This document shows, piece by piece, positions 34,660 to 47,984 of a stretch of DNA of 64,000 nucleotides. This DNA comes from Psammoneis japonica (taxonomy: Eukaryota). Location of the stretch: the NCBI GenBank assembly GCA_008632985.1, contig QPGO01000068.1:1-64000 (forward strand), written 5' to 3'. The first letter of the stretch is position 1, and the number at the start of each line of letters is the position of its first letter. The notes beneath the pieces were generated by a model. It did not search any database and was not told the origin of the DNA. It was given only the letters and a program-made list of their open reading frames with translations. The translations under genes were made by a program, and so were the position numbers.

Positions 34660-35395
34660 ACTTTGTCCCACAATCTCTGGTCAACATCTGATGTCGCTGC
34701 ATGACAACATTGAGCTGCTGGGTTTGCAAGTCCCAAGCTTCTGACCAGATGAACCAGGTTGTTCTCATCCATCATGTGCTGAGTGAACACATGCTCGCCA
34801 CTGTGCCCTTGCTGAGAGGCGCAGACACATTTTCATTTTAGAGGAACACAGCTCATTTCTCCAAGTTCTCCTGCTCTTTTTCTTGGGTGCTTCTTGTTGA
34901 AATGTCTCTGGATTTTTCATTCTTTTTCCATCAATGCTTGCCAACCGTGCAAGCAACGGCCTTTCTTGCCCTCTTTTTGTGCTTGGGCAACAGCACCAAC
35001 TGTTCTCCATGGCAAATGGTGTCTTTTTGCACCAGAGGACAAAATGTTGGGATTGTTCCCATGCTGCAGCTTGAAGTGACAGACAGCACCACAAAAAGAA
35101 ATGAGAGACTGACAAATCGGGGGGGAAGGCATCAATCTTGGAAGCCTTTTCTCGTTTCTGTTTTTGCTCTGTTTGGCATGGGTGGAGGTTTTTGTTGTTG
35201 TTGGGTGCAAATCTTGCTGTTGCGATTGCATTGAGGCAGGGGATGTGGTGATGACCAGGTGTGTTGTGATGGTGGAGATGGATGTGAGAGATTTACTAGA
35301 GAGAGTGGGAAGAGAAGAAAAACACTCTCATGTGTGAACAGCTGATGGTGCCGATCGGACGGGAGGAAAGACGCGCGCCGGCGTCGCCACGCCGG
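34660..35395 (-). pseudogene. Hypermutated partial duplicate of the methyltransferase 5' end and promoter (26459-27163)
   Basis: Colinear similarity, e.g. TTGAGCTGCTGGGTTT[A/G]CAAGTCCCAAGCTTCT and GTTCTCCTGCTCTTTTTCTTGGGTGCTTCTTGTTGAAA; the peptide MKNPETFQQEAPKKKSRRT is still readable. Confidence 0.93.
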
Positions 35396-35503
35396 TTTAC
35401 CATGTGACGTCGATGTGACATGACCAATAAGTAAAAGTTTTCACGATCAACGCACAAATAAAATAAGGCTCACAGGAACTGCTGGCGGGACGTCGCATTG
35501 AAC

Positions 35504-36307
35504 ATGATGGCCATGCCGATCACGGCGACAAGCCGTCGTTCTACTTCTACCGACACCATGCCTCGAATCAACATAGGAACTCGAGCGGTTGGAAAAAATC
35601 TCGATGGCAAGAATGAAAAGAAAATGACGGAGGTTTTCCGACTAAAGAGCTGCATGCTGGTTCCAAACTTGAAAGATAGCCTGAGCAATCCTGACACTCC
35701 GGCCCGAAAGAGCAATACCAAGATCCACAAGTCGATACGATGGGCCTTTATTTACTCCAGAGAGTATGAAAGAGTCATAGGGGACCATCCTTGTAGTGAA
35801 GGTGTGCCGATAAGGTGAGATTCACGCATCGCGGAGAGACTACATTAGGTACTACTTTCAGCCCCCTGTCTTTGCGGCAGTGCGTTGCACACTCACATAT
35901 TTTTGCGTCACTTGATTCTTCGTCGCAGCATCGGTTGGAACTATGATGAAGAGCAAATCATCTCTATAGATCAGTTCGAGTCGTATCGCAGTCCGCGTTG
36001 TACTGAAATTGAATTGGTGATGAGTAGGGCAGATCGAGAAAAAATTCTGGTTGAAGAATATGGCTATTCTCGACAGGAAATATCGCACGCTGTCCGTGAT
36101 AACCAACACACCAAGAACAAACGACGGCAGACCATCAACAATCTTGGTCTTGTTGACAAATGTGAAGAGACAGTGGAACGAGCGACTCGCAAGGTCAAGA
36201 GGCTCGTTTCGAAACGCGAATCTGCTCGAGCCTGGGCAAAGCAACTAGAAAAGGAAGAACCACTAAGAAACCAACTTGCGGAAATGAGACTACAAATGAA
36301 GCAATGA
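35504..36307 (+). CDS. Uncharacterised protein with a 'REYERVIGDHP..GVPISIGW' domain; exons 35504-35814 and 35929-36307
   Basis: GT-AG intron 35815-35928 joins GVPI-S-IGWNY; same family as 17778-18701. Confidence 0.8.
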
Positions 36308-37189
36308 CAAAGAATATGCACAGAGTAATGGAACGTATCCGTAGGGACACGGAGGGAAGGGCTCAACGTCGCAACCTACCGACAAGTCCGTGTGTATACA
36401 GAATCCAAAATGAATACCATGAATAGAACTAAGCTAAAGTACAAGTAGGAGTGCGATGAACGGATCGACAGAGTAGTGCGTGTAGTAGCATCAACCCAGC
36501 TTGAGTGGTGGCTGTCAATCCAGGATACAACAGTTTGCAAATTAGGTTTCGACTCTTGGATCATGGTGTGCTTGTCTCTAGAACGGGTGAGCGATTTCCT
36601 GCCGCGCAGTGCTTCTCCGGCCGATTGAAACCCAAACAATGTTGTGTTTCTGGAAAGTCCTCACATTGGCATTCAAGCAATGTTGATTCAAGGCTTGTGT
36701 GGCTCAAAACGGCAATCAAGTCTTCATTGCCAGGAGCTTGCAAGTGACCAATCAGGAATGTGCCACTTCTGCGGCATTGTCTCAGTTTCAGGCTGTTTTC
36801 TTCAAGCAAGTTTTGGTGCTGTCATCATCTCTCCACTCAGGTGGCTCCAAACAGACACTGCTGGTCCCAAAATGTGGAAGAAGACAGCCTTGAGAGGCTA
36901 AAACCAATTGGTTGTTGGACACAACACAGCTGCTGTGGTGCATGCAAAACACTGCCACACACAATCCTCATTGTCAAAGCAGCCACACAAGTCAACACAA
37001 TTTGTCAAAACACAGCATGTTTGCTTTGGCTGCACAGGAACAGCCAACTGTCTGCAACATCATGTGCATTGTGAGAAATTGATTGCTGGTGCCAACTCAA
37101 TGGGGGGTCTCCATGGTGGCCAAGTGGCTGGCTGGGAATGTCTGCTGCTGCTGCCAATGGCAACAAAGTCAGCTTCCTTCCACAGGCAA

Positions 37190-37191
<2 letters not shown>

Positions 37192-37287
<96 letters not shown>
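37192..37287. repeat. (TG)n microsatellite running into an assembly gap
   Basis: Pure TG dinucleotide run of about 96 bp. Confidence 0.98.
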
Positions 37288-37447
37288 NNNNNNNNNNNNN
37301 NNNNNNNNNNNNNNNNNNNNNNNNNNNNNNNNNNNNNNNNNNNNNNNNNNNNNNNNNNNNNNNNNNNNNNNNNNNNNNNNNNNNNNNNNNNNNNNNNNNN
37401 NNNNNNNNNNNNNNNNNNNNNNNNNNNNNNNNNNNNNNNNNNNNNNN
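37288..37447. other. Assembly gap (160 N)
   Basis: Run of N. Confidence 1.
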
Positions 37448-39349
37448 CCCAAAAGAAAGCAGCCAAATGCTGGCTTTTCCCAGTGATGCTGTTGTGCAAT
37501 CTCTGTGGATGTCATTCAGGCAAGATGCTCTTTCAACACCTTTCACAGTCCACACACCCCAGTTCTGCAAAGCAACTTTGGCAGCACCAGACATTTCTCA
37601 GAGTGCAAGCACGCCCCACACCCATTGCTGCAGAGCTCTGCTGGATCTTCCTTTTTGCCAGCATGGCATTTTGAAATGGTGCCTGCACTTTGGCCAGCCG
37701 CTTGCACTTGTTTCAGCCGCTGGCACAAACACCACAGAGACTCACTGCACTTTTTTGTGTCTTTCTCAATGTGCAAAGAAAGCACCATGCATCACAATGC
37801 CTCTGGCTTTGCTCTGGCACTGCAACCCACAGCTTGTCACAGAGAGAAAACCAGCTGACATGAACCTTCCAAGGGCACTTGGGCTGACAAAGAGTTTGGC
37901 TGTTGCAGCAAAGAATTCACAGATTTTGAGTGAGCTTTGATGTGAGTTTCCAGCTGCAGGGCTGGGGCAGTGGGATGAATGGCAGCAGGTGGGGGGGGGG
38001 GGCTGTGCTGTGTGGCTGCTGACAAGCTCCAAGCATCACTCTCTCTCCTTGACACTGCAGGGCTTGACCACCCACCACCAGTGTGTTGGGTGATCCCTGC
38101 CCTTTCTCAGCCAGATTGGCTGGTTGGACAACAGGGTTGACAGGCAGAGATGGGCACACCTTGGGGCTGTGGTGCAGTGGTCTGTTTGCTTGCATCTTGC
38201 CAGTGTCTCATGCTGTCTCTTGTCAGCCAGTGTCTCATGCAATCTCTTGTTGCCTCACTCCAGCTGGCTGCCCAGCTGTCTGGCTGCAAAGCAGCCAGCT
38301 GCAGCAGTGGCTGCTTGCAGCCAACACCTGTGTGCAGCAGCTGCTTTTCTGTGATGCACTCAGGCAAAAATGCACCGCTTGCATTGGGCATGCCACCGGC
38401 CCAAAAACAAACTGTTTGGGCTTCCCCTTTTGTGAAGATGACCTTTGGCTCAAGAGACCGCCACAGAATGCACTGATGGGGATGGACAGACCAATGAGGA
38501 CTCGCTCCTCACCATTGAATAAAATGAGCACCGGCGGAGTCCACAGACAGTCTGGACAGGGGTCTTGGATGGAAGGTGGCATGGATGGACGAAAGCACTG
38601 CAAAACATGCGCAGAAACCATCATGCAAACAGACCACACCACTGTGATTTTCCTTGCATGTGGTGACACCCAAGTTCTGCAACGGCAAGCTTTTTGGGCT
38701 GGACAGTGGCTTGTGTTTGCACAACCCTTCTCAACGGACATCTGGAAAATGTTGTGGCTCTTGTTCAGAACTTGTTTTGCTCTTGTTGAGAATCCTGTGT
38801 TCTTGACAAGTGCTCATCAATTGTGCACACATTGATTTTAACAATTGTTTCAACATGCCAAGCAGGATTTAACACTTGAAATGAAAATGACTCTAATTCT
38901 TTATTCAATCTTGACAAGATTACGACCACAATGATTTTAAAATTATTCAGCTCACGTTCACAATTAATGCGACCTTCCAAGCAGGAAATGATTGTCAATG
39001 AAACTTCTCAACAAGGGTGCAATTATGACTGCTTTGCAACATTGTTCATTTCTGACAACTGCAACATTCATTCGTTGCATTGAGATGCTCGTACATTGGC
39101 TGTGTGTTTCTTGCAATGTGATTGTGCCAGCTGTGTTTCATCATTTCTGCAGTGAACGTATTTTTGCTTCCTGTTTCCTGCTCTTCCCTCCTTGGCTTTT
39201 TTCTGTCTCCTGCTGGTTCTCCCATGCCGCAGTGATGGCATGATGCTTCGCTCATTTCGCTGACCCTTGCATCCGCTCTCGCTTGCCATGCACAAAATCC
39301 CGTCATTCGTTCCGTGTCGTGACCTTGTCTCTTTTGCTTGTCATGCCAG

Positions 39350-39570
39350 ATTGCCAAAGCTTCACCTGCAAAGAAGAGAAAAGAGCTTGCAACAGATCAG
39401 AGCATTGCACATGCTTTGTTTTTGAGCGGGCTTGTCTTGACCACAACAGCGCTTCTGCTCACCTTTGCACACAACCATGTCTCTTTCATGTTTTGCACCA
39501 GTTTGCCAAAGCATTGCCTGCAAAGAAGAGAAAAGAGCATGCAACAGATGAGAGCATTGCATTGTTTTGA
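39350..39570. repeat. Short direct repeat pair (about 70 bp, spacing about 150 bp)
   Basis: TTGCCAAAGC..CCTGCAAAGAAGAGAAAAGAGC.TGCAACAGAT.AGAGCATTGCA occurs twice. Confidence 0.85.
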
Positions 39571-40069
39571 ATGTGCTTTGCTCACCTTTGTGTGGCCCCT
39601 GCAGGGCCATCTTCCCTTCCGTCTCCCTTTGCATGTCATCAACATCATGTCTGAGTTGAAAGATTGGCCAAAGCATCAGTTGTTTGCATTGTTGCCCAAA
39701 CTCCGTGCACTCACAGACTCAGTTCCTGCCTCTCTCTTGCTTTGTGTTCCGCATTGTCCTCCTCCCCCTGGTGCTCTTCTGTTGCCTTCCCTTGCTGCTG
39801 ATGTCATTGTCATGATGTTTGATGAGCCTTGTGTTTGGTGTTTTGTGTCTTGTGAGGAAATGATGGCTCGTGTTTTTGCAGCAATGTCGAGCCTGTCTGC
39901 CTGGTGATTCCTGTCAGCATCATTTTTCAAGTGACAATTTTGTTTTAAAATTCCATGCTCACATTCCGTTTTGAAGGTTTGAATGATTTGAAATGACTCA
40001 ATGAATCATCCAGTCATTTGGGTTTTACATGTGTGTCGGCAGTCGGTCAATTTCTCATCTTTCATTGTG

Positions 40070-40172
40070 TCAATGTGTTCTTGTTAAGATGCAAATTTTC
40101 ACAGTCTTGCTGCACAGTTTTCATCACATCAATGTGTTCTTGTTAAGATGCAAATTTTCACAGTCTTGCTGT
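40070..40172. repeat. Tandem duplication with a 59-bp period
   Basis: TCAATGTGTTCTTGTTAAGATGCAAATTTTCACAGTCTTGCTG at 40070 and 40129. Confidence 0.9.
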
Positions 40173-40554
40173 GCAGGTTGAGCTGGCAAATCTCAAGCTC
40201 AATCTCAGCCACAAAAGCTCAGCAGCAGGAGCCCTCAGAGAAACCAAGGCTCTGCTGCCGGAGCTGTTGCAGCACAGGCTGATGGTCCAAACCCAGCAAC
40301 TGCCACCACTGCTGCTGCCTTCACAATGACAAAGCCGCTGCCGACCATGTGAACGCAGGCCTGCGCCACTCTGCCTTCAGCCATTGCAATCTCATGCACT
40401 GGCACAAAGTTCCCATGATTGTTGTTGCATGCCCTGGCACCCAATGGAGTCTCCTCCCACAGCCATCCCAAGACAACTGGTCACTTGCACTGTCACACAG
40501 ATGGCTCAATGGCATCACATGTGCGTTGGCTGGACCAAAGAAGGCCCCAGTCCT

Positions 40555-42750
40555 TGAACCCCAAAATTCTGAAGTGAAACAACACCATGAGTGCACCCAC
40601 CAACCTGACAACTTTCATCAAACATCATTGGCTGTCTTCAGTGGACCCCAGGTGACACTTCAAGAGCCATGGTTGGGAGTTGCAAAGCCATCCTGGTTGA
40701 GCTGCAGCTTCTGTGTCACTTCACACACCATTGCCAGGGTGGGGCTTGCCCCCCAAATTCAAAAAGTGAAACAACACCATGAGTGGACCCACCCAACCTG
40801 ACAACTTTTGTCAAACATCATTGGCTGTCTTCAGTGGACCCCAGGTGACACTTTAAGAGCCGTGGTTGGGAGTTGCAAAGCCATCCTGGCTGAGCTGCAG
40901 CTTCTGTGTCACTTCACACACCACTGCCAGGGTGAGACTTGACTCCCAAATTCAAAAAGTGAAACAACACCATGAGCGCACCCACCCAACCAACAACTGT
41001 TGTCAAAAGCCATTGAGTGTCTTCTGCAGACCCCAGAGAACACTTTTCTCAGCCATGGTTGGGAGTTGCAAAGCCACCCTGGCTCAGCTGTGGCCCATGT
41101 CACTTCACAAATTGTCAGGGTGAGACTTGTGCCCCAAATTCTGAAGTGAAACAACATCATGAATGTGATGACCCACCAAACAACTGTTGTCAAACATCAT
41201 TGAATGTCTTCAGTGGACTCCAGACAACACTTTGAGAGCCATGGTTGGGAGTTTCAAAGCCACCTTGGCGCAACTCTGGCTCTGTGTCACTTCACAATTT
41301 CAGGGCGAGACTTGAGCCCCAATCTCTGAAGTGAGACAACATCATGAACACACCAACACACCAAACAACTGTTGTCAAACACCATTGAATGCATGCAGTG
41401 GACCCCAGGTGACACTTTAAGAGCAATGGCAGGGAGTGGCAAAGCCACCCTGGCTCAGCTGTGGCCCATGTCTCTTCACAAAATGTCAGGGTGAGACTTG
41501 ATTCCCAACTTCTGAAGTGAAACAGTGCCATGTGTGCACCCGCCCACCCAACAACTGTTGTCAAATGCCATTGAATGAATGCAGTGAACCCCAGGCAACA
41601 CTTTGAGAGCAATGGCAGGGAACGTCAAAGCCACCCTGGCTCAGCTGTGGCCCATGTCACTTCACAAATGTCAGGGTGAGACTTGAACCCCAAAATCAAA
41701 AGTGAAACAACATCATGAATGTGCCAATGCACCAAACAACTGTTGTCAAACACCATTGAATGTCTTTTGTGGACCCCAGGTGACACTTTAAGTGCCATGG
41801 CAGGGAGTTTCAAAGCCAACCTGCCTCAGCTGCAGCCCATGTCACTTCACAAAATGTCAGGGTGAGAGACTTGATTCCCAACTTCTGAAGTGAAACAACA
41901 CCATGTGTGCACCCACCCACCCAACAACTGTTGTCAAACACCATTGAATGTCTGAAATGGACCCCAGGCAACACTTTAAGAGCCATGGCCAGGAGCTTCA
42001 AAGCTGCCGTGGTGCAACTCTGGCTCTGTGTCACCTCACAATTTCAGGGTGAGACTTGAGCCCCAATTTCTGAAGTGAAACAACATCATGAACACGCCAA
42101 CACACCAAACAACTGTTGTCAAACACCATTGAATGCATGCAGTGGACCCCAGGTGACACTTTGAGAGCAATGGCAGGGAGCGGCAAAGCCACCCTGGCTC
42201 AGCTGTGGCCCATGTCACTTCACAAATGTCAGGGTGAGAGTTGAGCCCCAAAATCAAAAGTGAAACAACATCATGAATGTGCCAACGCACCTAACAACTG
42301 TTGTCAAACACCATTGAATGTCTTGTGTGGACCCCAGGTGACACTTTAAGTGCCATGGCAGGGAGTTTCAAAGCCACCCTGGCTCAGCTGCAGCCCATGA
42401 TGTCACTTCACAAAATGTCAGGGTGAGACTTGAGCCCCAAAATCAAAAGTGAAACAACATCATGAACGTGCCAACGCACCAAACAACTGTTGTCAAACAC
42501 CATTGAATGTCTTCTGTGGACCCCAGGCAACACTTTGAGTGCCATGGGAGGGAGTTTCAAAGCCAACCTGCCACAGCTGCAGCCCGTGTCACTTCAAAAA
42601 ATGTCAGGGTGAGACTTGAACCCCAACCTCTGAATTGAAACAACACCATGAGTGCACCCACCCAACCAACAACTGTTGTTCAAACATCATTGACTGTCTT
42701 TGGTGGACCCAAGGCAAACCTTGAAGAGCCATGGTTGGGAGTTGCATGGT
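40555..42750. repeat. Satellite-like tandem array, about 12 units of 185-193 bp
   Basis: Anchor GTGAAACAACA (or a variant) at 40574, 40766, 40959, 41146, 41331, 41517, 41702, 41890, 42075, 42260, 42449 and about 42636. Confidence 0.95.
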
Positions 42751-45700
42751 CCAAGTGCCACACTGACACAAGACAAGGCCTTTGCTTCCCGGCCATGGTT
42801 GGTGTTGCATTCTCTGGGACCGGATCAAGTCATCCAAGGCCACCCCAAGACAACAGAGCACTTGCACTGTCACACACATGGTTTTCTTGTGTTTGCAGGT
42901 GGGGTGGCTGGGCCAAGAAACCCAGTCATGTCAGAGAGACAAAGGGCTGCATGGACACAAGACAAAGCCTTTGCTTCCCAACCATTGTTGTTGTTGCATC
43001 CTCTGGGATCCACTGGAGTCCTCCAATGCCATCCCAAGACAGCTGCAAACCTCTTTTGCCACATCTGTGGGCATGGTGCTTTCACACCTTGTGCAGCTGG
43101 GCATCTTGTGTGGAGGAATCATGCAAGGGGCTGCTGCTGCTGCCCAAGACATGGCTCGCAGCTTCCCAAATCAAGATTGCAAAGACACCACACTTGGGTC
43201 AAGAACCCACTCAACAAATGCAGGCTGAGTGCATTTGGGGTGCATGTCATGCAGGCAGCAACTTGCACCAGTGTGCATTGGTTGATGGTGATGATGATGA
43301 TCTGGAGCACCACCACATGATCCATTTTAGTTTCTCAAGTGGCACTGGCCTGTGCATCATGCACCACCACCACCCAGCAAGTTTGTTGCTCCAACTGGAG
43401 ACACCAGCAAGACATGTCATCAAACTTTCCACCAGAGTGAACCCCTTGGAACTGAGGATGTGTGGCTGATGAACTCTGGCCATTGTCTTCATTTGCAGTG
43501 ATGGCAAGAGGGAAGAAGATGAGACATTCTTTCCAGTCTCTGTCAGGACAAGGCATGAACCCGCAAGCAAGAACACTGTGACATTGCTTCCCAAATGACA
43601 TGTGACACAATCCCACCCTTAAAGAAAACTGGAATGTCAAGAGCCACAAAATCACACCTCCAAGGAACAGCAAAATGCCGTGAGTCTTTTAAATGGATCA
43701 CCCAACTTTTCATCGGACAATGCCAAAAACGCCGCGACGAGTCAAAAATCACAAATGATGATGGATCTCTTGCCATTTGCACAAAGTTGTGCTCTAGAGC
43801 AAAGCATTTCAGAACAGTGGCTCTCAATGGAGAGTCCATCCACACTCACAAACCCATGCACTGACCAACTGCACCATCGAGAAAAAACAGCACGTTGGCC
43901 AAAATTCCATTCACAACCTGGCCCACATTTCATCCAACACTCGCACCTCTCTAGACCCAACTAGATGCCAAAAGCTCCAAGATCCAATTCCCCAAACGAA
44001 CAAGTGTCATCAAAGGACTTGTGTCATGTAGAGTGTTGGCATGGAAAGGCCACTTTCAGCACTTGCAGCCCCAGACAATCATGCTGAAAACATGACAGGC
44101 AAAATGAAAATGTGAGTAGAACAACACACACAACAACAATCCATTGAGGCCACATGTCACAGTCTGCTCACTGTGTCACCTTTCCAAGGTAGTTCTGAGT
44201 CACCCCAGCAAATTTCATGACCTCAAATGCCACCAGCGGATCGTTGCATCCACGCATCCAAGAGCAGGCAAGGAGCCCGGCCACACAAGCATCCACTTCT
44301 CCGTTTTGCCCAGTGCAAAACCCAGTCTGGCAGTTGCACTGACAAGATCACCCAAAACAACGTGGGAGATGTTGTGTCTCAGATCATAAAGATGACACGA
44401 TTGTAGAGCAGGAAGAAAGGGTCAAAAAGGACCAGACACCTGCACGCATGAACGAGAGGCACAAAAAAAGGCCCTCGAGGTGTGCAAGTTTCATCAAAAC
44501 AAGGCCAATGCTCAAACAATTGCACTGTGCTCATGGGATTACCTTTTTTGGACTGTGGGAAGGCTGTCTGACAAATGACAACATTTGTTCCCATGGCGTG
44601 CACTTTCAAGAAATTGTTGTTGCCAAAAAATGACATGCTGTGATTGCGAGCTGACCAAGACCTTCAAAAACATGTCAAGCACGTCACAAATCCATGTTGA
44701 TGTGCACAACAGGTGCACCAAAGGATGCAGAGTGGGGTGAGGCACAAGGCTCCCAAACGGATGTGCTGTGGTGGTGCAAATGCCGCAAAAACAACACCAA
44801 CATCACAGATGCAACAATCAACTGCACAAGACAATCAATCCACCTGTGAAGCTTTGACAAAGCACAAACAACATCTTTGGTGAGCATGTGATTGGTGCAA
44901 AATGAGAAAACAAAGAAAGAACTTACCTCTGCAACGTTGTTGACATGGGTCATGTCAACATCATTGCGGCTGTTGGTGTCTGTGGTGTGGTGTGGTGTGG
45001 TGTGAAAAAATGTGCATCCACTGACCGCAAATCAGGCCATGCAGGCAAAAAATGGTCAAATTGTTTGTGACTTGACATTTGTAAAAATGCACAATTAACA
45101 ACTGGACAGAGTTAGCACATTTGTGACAATTTTGTTTGTCAACAAGTTTCACAATCAAATCATTTGTGAATGAGCGTTTCTGAGAATGCATGATCAACAA
45201 GTGAGAACATTGAAGATCGGTGGACAGAGACAGCACGCATGCAACAATTTTGTTTGTCATCAAGTTTCATTCTTGACAAGCACCAAAACATGTTAGAGAC
45301 AGATGTCACTTGGGGCAACCTTGGGCTGACCTGTGCGACATGTTGCAATGCTGCTGGTTTTCTAGACCTCCAGAAAAATTGCAACAACAAATGGATGGCC
45401 AATCTCTGGAAAAGTGGCACCATTGCATCCATGCAACTTGTGTCTGTTGCACCCAAATTTTAAAATGGAAAAGGCCAACGAAACACAGCACATCCAGGCT
45501 GATGCCAATTGTGGCCGCACTCTTCACCATGTGAGTTGGGGGGGGGCAGAGAGAAAGCCTCATTTGAAGCTGCATCAGATTCCAGCTTTCACATCACAAA
45601 CAATTCTGGCTAATGCCGATTGCAGTGATGTCTCTGCTGGGTTGTTGCTCTCTGGATTGGTTGATGGCAAGATCTGTCTGGCTCTGCACGGTCGCACAAA

Positions 45701-47099
45701 ACTCAAGTCGTTTGGTGCATGGTGCTTGCAACAAGAGCAGGGAAAAAGCAAATGCCAGCAATCTCACTTTCTGCTTTGTGACACAAAACAACATGGGTTG
45801 TCAGCCATGGTGTTGTCAATGCTTTCAGCATTGTTGTTGTTCCATGAAAAAAATCCCATGCTTTGACCCACAAAGCAGAATTTTGAACAGAGAAATGTCA
45901 TTTGAACAGACACCACAAGTGAGTTGAATCATGTCCGGCACCTCAGCCACAGAAAATGTGGAAAAAAGGCAGATGAGCACATTCTAGTCAGGCACGGTCT
46001 GCAGCAGTCTCTTCAAAAAGCAGGGTGATCCGACCAAGCAGCCTTCTTGTGTTTTTCATTCTTGACAACAACAACAAATCTTGATGCTTCAGGGCACACC
46101 ACCAAGGCAATGCATTGTTCATCAAGTTCCATCAGATGAGAGCAGCAAGCTTGCAGGTCAGTTTGTCACAACAAGGTGGGGCCCCATGCATTTTCTCATC
46201 AACCCACTCTAGCTGCTGCATCCGCAGAGCATCGCTGGCACAAAGGTGGTGGAATCAAGAGACTGGAGAGGATGAGAATGAACAACAAGAGCACGTTCCC
46301 TCTCTCCCACTCACCGAGAGTTGCCGACAAAGTGTGGCTGGGAGAAAGCTTGCCTGCACATGCTGCCAAGGAATCAGTTGATGCCATGCCACTGTTGCAG
46401 CTAGCAGGATGTCCCTGCTTGTGATGATTCCACCCCCTCCTCCCACAAGTCACTTCCTCCCACAGCCATTTGCCTTTCCATCACAAGTGCCGCCTGCAGC
46501 CTTGTCCCCCAATGCACCAACCACATGCACTGTGCCTCCAGCAATGCTGCTGCTCTTCCTAAAAGTGGTGCAGTGGGTTGCAGATTGCCACAAAACTAAT
46601 TCCATGCCCTCAAATTTTCTGTAAAAAACAAAGAAAGTGAGAAAATTGGTGAAAGCTCCATTGACAATCAAAATGGTGCTAACCTGTCTTGAATCGCACA
46701 ATCAATTTTTTGGCTCTCACTTTGACAAAACCACAAATCCATGATTCTCATCACACAAAATGTGACCAAGCTTGTTGGACAGATTGTGGAAATGTTGTTG
46801 AGAATGAGAAAAGAAACAGGAACAATGTCAATGTTGTGTTCTGTAACTTGCACCAAAGGTGCCATGGTCGATCGACAACCATTGCAATGATGTCGCGGTG
46901 CTTTCAACAAACTGAAGATTTGACATCTGGGTTGCTTTGTGCGCTGAGGTTATTCAAACGGTCACCAACTGGCCCAAAAAATTTGCCCCCACAACTTGTC
47001 ACTTGTTCCTTGTTTGAACAGTGCCATGCCATGGCTTCCTCCATGGGAACGAGTTGAAAGCAAGCCAACTCTCATGCCAATTCTACCAGCAGTGGCCAC

Positions 47100-47984
47100 A
47101 TGAAGAAAGGTTGCGGCGAGCAACTCCTTGATGCAGAGCAGACCGGCGAAACAGTCGGCAGATCATTGGTCAGCAACGCCACCACAGTTTCAAGGGATCT
47201 CATCACAAAGGCAGCCAATGAGGCAGCTCAAATCTGTGTGACATTTGCCGATGTGGCGACCAATGACAACAGCTGCTGTGGACAGGCTGGTTTGATTGTG
47301 GGGTCCAAGATCGCGGGGACTCCGGAGTCAAAGCGGTGCAGGACATCGGTTGCTTTTGAAGACTTTGCCAAGTGCAAAGCTGCTCCCATCACCGCCAAGC
47401 ACAATTTGGAGAGCAAAAATGGCAAAACACACAAATGAGCTGCTTTGCAGTTTGCCCACGGTTTGGACACAGACATCAACATGCCCAACGGTGGGTGTTC
47501 GCTCTCAAACCAGATGATTGTTCGGGCGGCTGCCGATGACAGGGCCGCCCTCAGTTGGGATGACCAGGATGTGTCTTTTGGCAAAATGGTTGACGAACTG
47601 CAAAACTCTCTCATGTGGATGCCATTGCTGTTTTGTAAGGTGCCCCTGGAGTTTCACCTTGAGATTGGCCACAAGATTGGAGTTGCTGTTTTTCAAACCT
47701 TTGACATTGACCACGATGATGCTGGCACCTTGGCTTTGGTTGACTTGTCGTGAGTTTACGACAACAAGATTCAAACCTGTGTCTGCACGGGTGAGGTGAC
47801 AGAATTCTCACCCAACTGCACCACCTTTTGCCACAGCATGAACACTTTTGCTGGCTGTTCTGGGGCGGTCGTGTTTTTGCTCGATCGAAACCAACCTCAG
47901 GAATTTGGGGATTTCCATGGCATGGCGGCAGGAATTCATGTCGGCAGACTAGACGATGACAACAACATTGCCTTTCTGCTTTAA
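47100..47984 (+). pseudogene. Trypsin-like serine protease pseudogene
   Basis: One frame broken only by two TGA stops; ITAKHNL (His), WDDQDVSF (Asp) and NTFAGCSGAVVFLL..AGIHVG (Ser) in the right order. Confidence 0.65.

Noticed and set aside
40555..42750. Regular repeat array as a CRISPR locus or repeat-protein gene
   Set aside because: Whole units are homologous with no unique spacers, there are no cas genes, the context is eukaryotic, and unit lengths are not consistently multiples of three
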